64,000 nucleotides of DNA. Source: Pavona decussata. Its lineage: Eukaryota. The stretch covers positions 3,224,001 through 3,288,000 of the forward strand of contig CDRNST010000195.1 of assembly GCA_977016875.1 (NCBI GenBank). The letters run 5' to 3'. How positions within the stretch are numbered: the first letter of the stretch is position 1; every line of letters begins with the position of its first letter. The notes under the pieces are model-generated. The model worked only from the letters and a program-made list of their open reading frames with translations, did no database searches and had not been told where the DNA came from. Position numbers and translations under genes: made by a program. This document shows positions 1-11,900 of the stretch, one piece after another.

Positions 1-855
1 AACTGATAAAACTTGGCCCAAAATTAAAAAGATCCCATCAGCTTGTTTTCAGTGGCAGCTATTTTGTTCATGCCTGCAAAAATACTTTTCAATGATAAAT
101 CATCAAAACGGCCCTGTTTTGAGCCCCTCTTTCCTGTTATGGGTTGTTATTTTTCCTGTAAAACCAATCAAAAAGCAATTATAAACGATGGATGTGCATT
201 GACGTAATTAAGCTTTTGTTCAATTGCTTTTGCTTAAGAATTTTCTTCGTAGTTTTAGTAGTTACACAAGCCCATAAGCATTTGGCTCTAACAATATTAT
301 CATTGTTATTGTGTATTAATAAAGGTCATTCATTCCCTCGCTCACTCACTCATTCATTGTCTGACTGCAAACACTCTTGGAACTTTTCCGAGCAGTGTCA
401 TTTGTCAATTTTTCCCTGAGATTGCTTGTTGCCTTTTTTGAAAATGTAAGGCTTAGGGGTGAGGATATTGAAGGTTCAAACTGATCGGCACATAAACTTG
501 AACAGTTACATATGAGTGTATCAAAAGCTTTTGAAAAACTAGTACAAAATCCATTTGGGATCCTGACAGGGTTACTGTTTTCGAATTTGAAGAATATGAT
601 ACTTGAGACCTTTAGTAATATATGTGCTTGAGTATTTTCTACTTCTTCTTCAAAACCCTTGTACAGGCCTCTGGACAGGTTAAGTTTACTTTTAATAACA
701 TCTGTACATGTATATTTTTTTCAGAGTATTATGAACAGCTGCATGGAGGATGTGTACTTACACCAGTATGTCAAAATTGCATTGGTAAGTTATCCACCAT
801 TTTTTTCTGGCTAGGTTTTTTTGATGCAGGATTATGTGCCAATGAACTTGAAATT

Positions 856-1000
856 GTGCAGTTCCAGAAAATATCCATACCCCCCACGGAAGGTCGATGG
901 AAGTTCTAAGGGGGAGGGAGGCTAATAAATGGATATTTCTGAGGGGTTGGGGGTGTTCCTATGAAGAATTTCTCCAGAGGGTAAGGAAATTTATGAAAAA
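856..1000 (+). repeat. MITE-like repeat end (TGTGCAGTTCCAGAAAATATCCATACCCCC...)
   Basis: Terminal motif resembles a common cnidarian MITE end. The partner TIR was not found and the right boundary is approximate. Confidence 0.35.
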
Positions 1001-2956
1001 ATCGTAAGCGACACAGAGTTGGCTGACAAGAATTTTCAGTCGCCACTTTGGAAGAAATATTATAACGAGGAAATTAAAAGGTTTCTGAACAAAGCAACTA
1101 TTTTGATGAGCATGGCTTTTTCGTAGATCCAGAGGCTAGTTTGCAGTTGAAATCTATTTCGGACATGAAGAAATGTACATCGGACGTGCAGTGCTGTCGT
1201 GTTCGATGAGTTTATTTTCCACGGAAACAGCGGCCACAAAAATGTGTAATTTCTTCAATGCAATCTTTCACAAAAAAGATTTCTGGAAGAAAGGGAAAAG
1301 ATCCTGCAGAGATATTTCCATGCAGTGAATTTTGATGAACATCGCAGTTGAAATTTGATCCTGCACAGAACGTTAAAACTTTCCTGATGTATGCAAATTT
1401 TGCTCAAGGTTGAATTCCGTAGGACGTGAAACAGCGATGTTTATTTGATAAAAACCTAACATAAAATGTTGAAAACACAAACTTCTTTTCTTTCTTGAAT
1501 TCATTTCATTCACAAACTCAGTACAGAGATAACTATTAAGTGCCGAGACGCGAATCTACAGACTAATTATGGACTAATTGCGGTTTACAAAGGGAGCTTT
1601 CAATTCTTGTGCATGCAGCCAGTTTTTGACTAGGCTTTCAAAGTTCTTCAAATTCTACTTGATAAAATTAAAATCCAGCATATTCAATGTGCAACTTATA
1701 TTCATAGCGGTTTCTTCGCGGAAAGAAAGTTACCATATTTATTTGGCTATAGGCGCAGCGATTTTAACAGAAACTGAAAGTGGCTTTCAGTAAAAAATTA
1801 CTCAAAGAAGGGAGTTTGGCTTATAGCTGAAATGCGTATTTTGCCAAACAAAACTTTATTTACACACTGGAATAATACTAACTGGACATACATGTATGTT
1901 ATCTCATAAGCCGGACTCACTGTTCTTCTTCCTTGCTGTTGGTGTCAAATTCATCTTTAACGTATTCCTTATCCTCTGTTTGTAAGTCTTAAAATTTCAC
2001 CTGAGTAAACAGTGTCACCTTCTGTGCCATCAAGAGCATTGCAGATGCCACAAGTCTTAAACAATTGCCTCACTTACTCTTACTCTGCCAAGGATAAGGG
2101 AATGTTTTTCAACGTGTCCAAAACTGACCAACGAGAATCTTTCTTTCACATGATTAAGTTTAAACAAACTTGTCATGGTAGATTTAATTTTTTTTGTCAA
2201 GTTGAACATACAGCGAAGTGTGAGTTTACATTTTTTCATACTGCAATCACCAATCAGTGAGGAAAATGGTTTGATATGATAACAGTGATTATGATAACAA
2301 TAGTCATGGTAAGCTCTTTAGTAAACAATAGTAATCTCTTATTTTAAGAGGGTAACACTAAATAGTGTAGAAACACTAACAAACCTGTGGCTTTCTATCT
2401 AAAACTATAAGAAAATACAAAGTTAAAAACTACGATTTTCTAGAAATAATATTAATTAAAACTTACATGTAAAAATCCAAAAAAACTAATTGTTCTTTAA
2501 AAAATTTACCCCTAATGGCACGTTAAAAGAGTTGATTTTGATGCACAAAGATCAGTTCAAATGAAACAAGAAACACAATGGCATCACAAATAATAACTGC
2601 AAAGAGGGTAAGGCCACCTTGTAGATCAAGTACTGTCCCAAAGCCAAACACTGACCGCATTTACTCAAGTTTAACTTTGTTGCCCATGTAACAACTGCAT
2701 AAACAATACTTTATCTCTTAATATGCAATTATCTTCTCTTGTGATCTTGCATGTTGGGTAAATGCTTTTTATATGAACAAGCAACTGGTAAATGTTGGGT
2801 CAAAGAAACACAATAATTGATGAGAACTCTGGGAAGGCCTGACTAGTCTTGTACTAATGCCACTGCCAAACAGTTTGTATTCGAGGTTTTTTTTTTGTAT
2901 TGCAAACTTTCATTGTACATTGGGATAGTAAAGGGCAAGTTGGTATTACTGGTCAT

Positions 2957-3093
2957 TTAACCATTTCACTCCCATGATCTGAATGTTAATTCTCCTGACT
3001 GACTGCCATACATTTCTTTCTAAAGTTAGTTCACAGAATTTGGTGTTGCATCAAACCATATCACCTGGTTGACGATTTTCTTTATTCTCATCA
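2957..3093 (+). repeat. Non-autonomous TTAA-starting MITE fragment (piggyBac-type end)
   Basis: Starts TTAACCATTTCACTCCCATGATCTGAATGTTAATTCTCC..., resembling an abundant coral MITE; truncated by the following microsatellite. Confidence 0.45.
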
Positions 3094-3096
3094 CAC

Positions 3097-3181
3097 ATAC
3101 GTACGTACATACGTACTTACGTACGTACGTACGTACGTACGTACGTACGTACGTACGTACGTACATACATACATACATACG
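3097..3181. repeat. (TACG)n/(TACA)n microsatellite
   Basis: Direct tandem tetranucleotide run; it explains the spurious ORFs 3026..3220 and 3069..3254. Confidence 0.95.
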
Positions 3182-3499
3182 TTTATTGAAGCTCCCCTTT
3201 ACAGGGGTTTTCAGACACAATATATTAAAATTACAAGATGAGGCGAAAGAATAAAATGTAATAACTAATGAAATGAACTACTAAGGGAAATAAAGATAAA
3301 TGAATTTTATGTTAACAGCATATTTACAAGTCTCTTCTTAAAAGTACCCGAGTTCACTACTTCTTTGTGGTCTTTGGGAAGTTCCATGGATACCCAGACT
3401 AAACATCATTATACCAAATCGTACCCTTTTCATGGGAATGTACTGTTTGAATGACAGATTTCCCTTTCATAGAAGGAGTTCGTCATCAATAGAAATGTG

Positions 3500-4379
3500 A
3501 TCCTCAGGAATATACACAGTTTTGAATTTATTGACCAGTTAGTCAGCAACAGGTCTGACCTTATATAAACGGTCACGATCAGGATCATTTGGATCAAACT
3601 GGTTGTTGTCAGCAAGGTGAAGAAATTGGAGAATGCTCTGAAATCTGTTTCTGGACATCACACTATTGAAGATTGATCCCTTGAGGAGAGGATTTGTACT
3701 CCAATAATTAGAAATTTCTGGTTTCACTACAATCCCCATCGGCAAGGAAAGAGCGACAAACTGCTTTATTTCAGCTCTAGTTGTGTCAAACCACTCATTA
3801 GCACCGCTATGTGGTGGCAGGTTAGGATTGTTCCTTTTGTATTGTCCTGCATACAAATTTGTTTGCTCCACAAGGATATCACAGAATTCATCAGTGAGAA
3901 ATAGACTCAAAATGTCACCTGTTGAAGGGTTATTTGGCAGTGGTACTTTTATTCTCGGAGAACCAGTGAAAGCTGGAACGTTTGGCTCTCTGTCGACAGA
4001 AACCCACTGTGCCTCAAGAGCTGCTTGCTGTGCAGGATCAACACATACACCACGAGTGCTATGCCACCACCGGCTCTAGCAGCCCCAGGACCACCTCTTG
4101 CCTTCCCACAACCGGCTCTAGCAGCTGACCTCTTCCTCTTCCTTGGCGTTCATTATCTCCCACAGAATCCTCTTCACTTTCACTGTCGCTCGCATTAATT
4201 GGGTCATTTTCTTCTACACTTTGGCTCTCTTCCTTATCGTCTGACTCTGAACTGTTTCCACTGTACTCTGAAACATCTTCACTTTCTTGATCACTCTGAT
4301 CGTTAAAATCAGAGTCCTTATCCGCGAAAATTTCTACTAAAGCTTCCTCTGTATTCATCCTACGTGGCCGTGCCGCCAT
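3500..4379 (-). pseudogene. piggyBac (PGBD4-like) transposase, N-terminal half, frameshifted
   Basis: Acidic N-terminus (MAARPRRMNTEEAL...DSDFND...) then LFLTDEFCDILVEQTNLYA...EIKQFVALSLPMGIV.KP...YWST...VMSRNRFQSILQFLHL...DRLYKVRP, a classic piggyBac region, split across frames. Confidence 0.9.
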
Positions 4380-7300
4380 GTTGGATTTGTGCATGGAAAT
4401 CAACAAAGCCACTTGGGTATCTTATAGTGCCCTCATTCAAATTCTTTGCTCAGCGGATTCTTTACTACTTCCCAGACCCTTTTAAACGACCACAGGAAAA
4501 AAAAGCAAATGACTGGGGAAAACAAATTAAGAAATAATACACCTAAATGAAAAAAAAAAAAAAAAACCACCCCATGGTGAACTTAGTGACCACAAAGAAC
4601 CTGTCAAAGCAGCAAAAATTCTGAATGTTTATCATCCTGTTTGATAAATGTACGATCGCAGAATCTGCAATTTTGACCAGCATTTTTGTGCAGAGTTAAA
4701 TATGAAAGGCTGATTGCGAAGAAAAAGTGAACCACTTAACCGCCATACAAATCTTCTGATGAACACATACACTGTATCATCAACTCTGGTGTGTCTTTTT
4801 TTTATGGTAATCCATTTAGAATGCTGTTTCCTGGAGTGTTTTTCGTATTGGTAATGATGATACTTTATTGCTCTTGTTCCTAGCTGATGGGTACACGCAA
4901 ACAAATATATGACTTAGAACTATAATCTTAAATGTCGAAATGACAACTTAAACATTCCAATCTAATTTAATGAATTATCATACTCTACTTCCGGACTAAG
5001 CGTTCATTGTTCACTGATAGCAGTTTAATATGACAGTGTTGCAGTATTAAGAATATGTTTTGGGACAGATGAGAATCTTAGTGTTTTGGTTCTGGTGTTT
5101 TTATTCAGTTCTCTGGACGCAGCTAAGCTCAACTGACTCTTTCACAAGTGTTGATCATATTACAAATACACCACATTTCACACAACGGTGCAACTGAAGG
5201 GTCTATTCAGTTGTAAAGAACTAGCATGGCATTCTTTGAAGGATTAAGGCGCCAATACTAGTTTTGCTAATAAAACCTCAAATAACTTTGAACTTAGTGG
5301 TCAAGATATTTGGGTAACAAAAGTAACTCAAATTAGAAGTGCTTCTTGAAACCAATCACTGCAGTTGCTGGGTGAAATATGCTGCAACTTTTCCGCATGT
5401 AATCCGCCTCTTCTGCTTTGATCAAACAAGTCATACAACAAAAGCTGTCAGCACAAATTTAACCTAATGGCAGATAAACCAAGTTATTAAAGTGTTCCAG
5501 TGTGTTCCAAAGTTATTAAATTGTTTCCATTCTGGAAAAAGTCAATTTGGTAGAAGTGTTGTCTGGTTAGCCTTCTGATAAGCAAAAGTAACGCGTGGCA
5601 GGTATTTTTCTTTGAAGTTTGATTTTGCAGTGTGATCAGTCAGCCTCATGCCATGCATGGCTGTGCATGACTTCACAATCGTTTGAAGTTCGAGTTTTGA
5701 AATAAATAAAAGCCCTCTTTACTCGTATTGTAGCATCAAATGAGGAGATTAAAAGGTTTCTGAACAAAGCAAATATTTTGATGAGGATGGCCTTTTCGTA
5801 GTTCCACAGGCTAGTTTGCGGTTGAAATCTATTTTGGACACAAAGAAATGTACAATGGGTGTGCAGCCCTGTCGTGTTCGATGTGTTCTTGGTTTGATGG
5901 AACCAGAAATAGTTCAACAGTTCTTGTTGGTGTATCAGCAGGAATACGTTTAAGAGTAACAACTCAACTTGAATCATTCCAGATATTAAACTATGTGAGT
6001 TAAGAGGTAACAAGACTAATAGCCTGGAAATGTGTACAGATCTGTAAACTTTACACAACTTTAGTAATAAGTTCAGTTGGATTAACATGGACAAAGGTTG
6101 TTTACCCTGTCAAGGTCAATACATTGAAATCGTTCAGGTTATAAGTGACTTCTGCACAGTTAACAAAAGTCCCAGGGGTTATGAAGTGAAGTCGCTTAAT
6201 CGTTGCCAGAAACATGCACAGGCTAAATTTTATGTTCTGGTATGCACGCATTGCAACGTACAAAGTACAGATCACGTTCCTGGCTTGAACCTTTCAAAAA
6301 CGTTTCTTTAAATTATTCACACTTAATTATCGAAATAGCCAAAATAGAACAAAACTTTCTAATGCATGCAAAGTTGTGAGATGTTTAATCCTCTAAAATA
6401 TGACAGATGAAATGTAAAAATGTCTGCTAACATATATTCCCCCCAAAATGGGAAGACGTCATGTTGTAGAAAGGTATTTGTTTGTGTGGTGAAAAGGTTT
6501 CCATGGAGGAGGTTGCAAAGGAGTTCTTGTTGTTTTGTGGACCTATCACCGTCTAAGAAGCAGAGTTCTGAGGCAATGTGTGCTTGCGTATAAATAGGGG
6601 CATTGGTGCTGTAATCTTTCCCAGGCTTTTTGCAAGGCACCGAAGGCGGTGATTTCACTGACTTGTTTTCAGGTGAACACTGTCACATTGCAGTGGTCTC
6701 TGGCTAATTTGCCTTTTCTCTCCAGGTTTGGAGGTTGGTCTCCCAGTCTTGTATTTTGTCTACTGTGGAAAGCAAGTGAGATTACAACCTTTTAAAAGCT
6801 TTCTTTAAATTGATCAAACTTAATCATTGAAATAGACAGAGGAAAACAATAAAATGTTTTAATGCATGCAAAGTGTTGAGACATTTCATCCTCTAAAATG
6901 TGACAAACTAAATGTAAAAATGTTTGCTAATATATTATCGCCTCTGGTGACTCTAAAAGGGAGATAAGTCACTAGCTGAGTTAAATCATGAGAATTTATT
7001 AAAAAAAAAATTACTTTTTGACTAAAATGGAATAAAATAATTTGTAAATGTTGGGATCAGGAATAGGGACTCAGCAAATTACACAATATATGAAAGCGAA
7101 CTGATAAATGCATCAGGGCTGTGTTATTTTTGTTTTGAACTAGTTTTGTAATTTGGTTTGTTGTTTTTGTGTGTTTGGTGTGTGTGGTTTGGCAAGTTTT
7201 TATTAACTCTTTGAATGCCAACCCAGATGCAATCCCGGTGACTTGCAGCTATCTTACATGTATATTTCTCATGAAAATTTATTTTTTTAAATAGTTTAGC

Positions 7301-7689
7301 ACTTGTAACTTTAGTAATTTATGTTAAATGCACGTTCATGATCAAGAAAAGTGTAGAACGTGAATTTTTTAATTTTCTGGTGGGCAGTTGCGACTCAGCG
7401 TGGAGCCATTCACTGGATTACCTTACTTGATACTACATTTATCCTTTGACACTTCTCCAAATTTTTGTATTTACAAATCAAGTGCAGTTAATATCAGACT
7501 GATTATCCTAATGATAGAAAAGTCAACAAAGAATAACGTGGATAATATGGCTGTAATAGATCAGTCAGTTTTGACTAGCTGCCATTTTGAATTTATAACG
7601 GCCATAATTTTGTCGCAATAAAGTTTATAAAAAAACACTATTTCAATGGTTGTCTTTCTTGGTATTGCTTGAAGACGTTAAGGGACCCG

Positions 7690-8830
7690 TGAGGTCAGCC
7701 TGTGTATGGAATTGCTGAAAATATGGCGCAGCACAAAGTCTCCACACTGGTATCTGTTCTCTTTTGTTCTACCATTCCTTGTGCAGAGAACACATCTTTT
7801 CTGTGGACTCTGCTTCAAACGGGTGGGTGGCATGAGCTCAGGAAAATGGTGTCCTGACAAGCGATCAATCCAGTGGGGGCAGCCACATCAGAACCACCTG
7901 AAGCTAGCAGTGAAGAAATTGCCTCCATCTTGAATTTCAGAAAGTGCTTGATGTTGTTTAATCTCTTTTTCAAAAGAAACCAATTCAGCACAGCTTCTTC
8001 AATGAAGTGGAATGTAACTTTCTTTCTCCACTTCATGCTCTTTCGAATGGAGGTGTAATTTGCAAGTATTTCATCATTTCTGTCCACCCCACTGATGCAT
8101 GGGTTATAGTAATTTATAACTTGTACCTTTTGGACTGGGTTTCCATGCCGATCAGGCTTAACGGTGTTAACAACATTTGCCTTGTGAATAGTTGGCAAGA
8201 AGAATATTTTCTTCTTATCACTGAAGTGAACTGCATACAGATTACCATTTCTCCTAAAAATGTGCTCTCTCTTTGCAAGTGGGACATAGAGGAACTCTCT
8301 TGGAAGCTTGATTCTGTTTTTTCGTGCAGTATCACTGCAACTGTGTCGTTTTCATGGAGTAAAGTGAAAAATTCCTGACTCATGTACCAGTTGTCCACGC
8401 AGGCTTGGACCCTTTGTTGAGAAGAGTTTTCATCAACCTGGGAATGTCAGCTCCACTTTTCCCAAGTCTCTGGACAAGATTAGGATCAGGATCGTCTTAG
8501 TTGGGTTCCTTCATGACATAAACAAAGGAATTCCACAAGTACCCTGAGTTTTTGCACAGAGTAAACATTTTGATTCCAAATCGTGTTCTCTTCATAGGAA
8601 TATATTGTTTGAACGAAGGTGGTATCAGACCACTGTTGGCATGGCTATTTGGTGGCAGGTTGGGATTGTTCCTTTTTTACTGTGCTGCATACAAATTTTT
8701 TTGGCCAACAAGGGTGTGGATGAGGGATTTTTTGGCAGTTGGACTTTTGATGCCTGGAGAAACCAGTGAAGGTTGAAACATCTGGCTCACTGTCAACAGA
8801 AATTCACTGTGCTTCAAGAGCGGCAAAAGT
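7690..8830 (-). pseudogene. piggyBac transposase, catalytic/C-terminal fragment, degraded
   Basis: VDNWYMS.EFF..L, INYYN...GVDRNDE, MKWRKKVTFHFIEEAVLN and C-terminal Cys-rich QKRCVLC...RYQC. 8640-8820 is a diverged copy of 3800-4020. Confidence 0.85.
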
Positions 8831-9289
8831 CTCCACCAGAGCTTCCTCGGCATTCACTTGTTGTGACTGTGATGCCATGATGGATTTGCCAATCACCCAT
8901 ATCAACAACGTGGGTGTTATTTTGTGCCCACAATGAAAGTTGTCTGGTCAGTGAACTTTCTGTTCTTTCCCATACTCTTCTAAACAAACACAGATGAAAA
9001 TAGTGAGCAACCAAAAAAAAGGTGGCTTATTCATGGACATACTACTAAGTTAAGGCATAGGATTTATAGCTAACAAAGTATGCATGAAACAATCTAGAAA
9101 TTATTACATATTTCCAATGAGGACATTACAGTAAAGGGGTGGGAAACCACAGTGGGTAAACACTAGAATCTATTTACGAAGGTGATAATCATTTATAATA
9201 ACTACGGCAACACATACTTAAAATAATGAGAGACAAATGAAAAAACATCAGGTTTCAAACCAACGCTTGTTTCCTTCTTGACGAGAAAT

Positions 9290-9570
9290 TGTCGATCAAC
9301 TTCTTGGCAAGGTCGATTCTAAAATTTTTCTGGCTCTTTTTGCATGATTTGGAGAGCCTTGTCTAGCTTAAAGCTATTGTAATTGCTTTGTCTACTAGGT
9401 TAAGGAGAATCCTACCCCACCATTTCTTTCCAGCCACAGGAATGGTGTAGTAGGATTTCATTTGGTCTTTCTTGTCTACACCACACATGTTGTAACATGA
9501 CACCAATTCTGGGCATGTTATTTTCTGAATGGTGCCATATTTCAGCTTCCTGTTGACTTCAGGAAGATTT
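9290..9570 (-). pseudogene. piggyBac transposase C-terminal fragment (different family)
   Basis: ITCPELVSCYNMCGVDKKDQMKSYY...KKWWGRILLNLVD matches the YN..MGGVD..DQ...Y..KWW motif. Confidence 0.8.
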
Positions 9571-9799
9571 TCTGCAGGACCCTGCAACTTATAGCACAAG
9601 AAAGACCTTTAAAACTACTGTTGTTTTCGGTTTTTATGTCTCTGGTTCGGTGATCATGTTCTTTTCTGTTATTTGAAATGGAGCGAAGCACAGAACGTAC
9701 TAAGTCCGTGGTCTCCATAGCAAGACAAACATGGCTCTTTTATCCCTGTTTTTTTCTTCAAAACATAGTTCTTTATTCTCCTACAGCCCGCATGGCAAA

Positions 9800-10403
9800 C
9801 AACTTACCTTCCTCACCGCCAATTAACAAATATGCTCGACCTAGGCCCCTGCACAACCACATTGCTCTTACCAGTCTCCAACTGGGATAAAATACATGTA
9901 AAAAGAATGGCTCGCACAGTTTCAGTGGCCTCTAAATTCAGAGGATCTTGGTGTATTAAAGCAGTATACCTGTACTGACTCGATGTTCGACCCTGTCAAC
10001 CCAAAGCAACCGGAAATAACACAGATTCGGGAATCTTCATGAGCTCAGCAGTCCGTTTAAAGGCTTCATGAGTTGCGTAATACTCTGCATTGAAGTAAAG
10101 TTCTCTGACAACAAGAAGACATTATAAAGCTGTACTTTGCAATTCATCTCCACATAGACTCAGTGAAGTGGAGTTGTACAAACAATTTCCATTTCCTCTT
10201 GCTTGAACTGCAATGCGATGTCCAGGTTCATTATCGATATCTGGAATGAAGCTAGTTCCGAGGACGTCCTTCGGTAATTTGGCTAAGTCTATGTTTTCAG
10301 CGTTCAGGACTGACAATGGATGTAACTTTTTTATTAACCTTCTGGCTGAATCTTCATCTCTCGCCCACAAAAAACTTATGTTAACCCTGTAACTGATTTG
10401 CAT
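9800..10403 (-). pseudogene. Vertnin-like OTU cysteine-protease domain remnant, TE-associated
   Basis: ARGNGNCLYNSTSLSLCGDE matches the OTU/vertnin-like GDGNCLY(F)NSxS motif; followed by a stop. Confidence 0.6.
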
Positions 10404-11299
10404 CTGCTACCATTATTTTCCGAGCAAATAAAAAGCACATGGTGTTGAAGTGCGCCCGCGATCCCAATTTTTTGGAAGAGGCTGTTGAAGCAATATGGCA
10501 CCTTGTTATGTATTGACTTCCGATCAAAGTATCAAAGTGCATTTTGTCTTATTAATTAACAGAGTGTGAAACCGATTTTCTTGTAGTATTCTGACATCAT
10601 TTTAGTGGGGATGGAAAGGAGAGTCGTCTTCTTATAAGTTACCAGTTCCGAATTAATTCCTTATTTAAAAGTTAACATACAGAAGCTTGCTAATGTTTAT
10701 CCTGGGTTATCACACAAAACGTGTCTGGCCAGCTGGCGACCAGTTCTGAAAATCTAGTCACCAGCACACAATTTTTGGCCGCATTGGTGACCAGTGAGTC
10801 GCAATTTTGAGCCCTGAGTCCTTTCATTCCTTTAAATTAATCACTCTTAATCAGTAAACTAACAGACTTGAAATAAAAAAACCTTCTAATGCATGCAAAG
10901 TATCTAGACAATTCAAACCTCAAAAGTATGACAGACTTAATTGAAAATGTCTGCAAACATATTATCCCCCCCTCTGAGAAGAGTTGCCTCTAGCAACTTT
11001 ACAGAGGAGGAAACAAAAGGCATGCATGCCGATGTAAGGCGAGAAAGAGTCAAATAACATGGAAACGAGAATGAAAAACAATTGTTTTTATTTTGTAATT
11101 TTGTATTGGGTTTCACATACAAACTCATGAAGACAAAAGAGAAGATAAGAAAGATAAAGAAAACTATAAAAAGTGGAATAAATGTGTACAAGGAGATAGA
11201 GGAAGCACCATAACTGCACTGGGAGACGAACAAAAAGGGACATAAAGGAGAAACGTTGTGAGATATTGATGTGGATAAAGCGAATCAAATTGGCATGTG

Positions 11300-11900
11300 C
11301 AAGCACAGAAGGTGCATTGTTGCCACTGTTCCTTCACCCTCAAAGAGTAAAGGTTGTGTCACTGCCTGTAAACATATGATTTATGAAGTGCAGTGGTGAG
11401 GGCTTCCTATGTCAGTGAATGGTCGGTTTTGAAAGCTTATCCGACCGAGCACTATTAATTGAAAATTTAAGCTGACTGATTTGGAGCAAGCAGGAAATGA
11501 TGACTGCAGGTTTGGAGAAATGGCTTGATAGATGGTCACACAGATCTTTGGCAATGGTTATGCTTGCTGTTCCACGTACTACTGCAAGACTGGCTTGTTG
11601 TTTTAAGTGGGATCTGGGAGCATCTTGCTCACCTTTCTCATGGGATGTTTCCAAAAAGTTTCTTTGAATTGTGAATCCAAAGTCTGCAAGTGAAAATGAC
11701 ATCCCCAATGCAGTGCCTTGACTTGTACTGCGCTGCACAGGCATCTGTAAATTCGCGAAGCTTGGTGACATTAAGCTTCAGATCATCAGGGAGATATTTT
11801 CCCACTAGCAACTGGGCTTGGTGCACAGAATCATAGTCCTGTGCTGGATCATCACTGATCACAAAGATGTGTTCCTTGATGATACTGATTCTTTTTTTCG
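11300..11900 (-). pseudogene. DDE transposase remnant, Sola2-like
   Basis: ISDD..QDYDSVH, FTDACAAQYKSRH and RNFLETSHEKGEQDA (DGCAAQYK ... TSHGKG..DG pattern) in two frames. The superfamily name is from recall. Confidence 0.6.

Noticed and set aside
3026-3254. ORFs with YVRT repeats
   Set aside because: Translation of the (TACG)n microsatellite.
1070-10975. Local dispersed duplications (1070-1210 vs 5745-5885; 6357-6450 vs 6858-6940 vs 10885-10975)
   Set aside because: Short diverged fragments of ordinary interspersed repeats with no coding or terminal structure.
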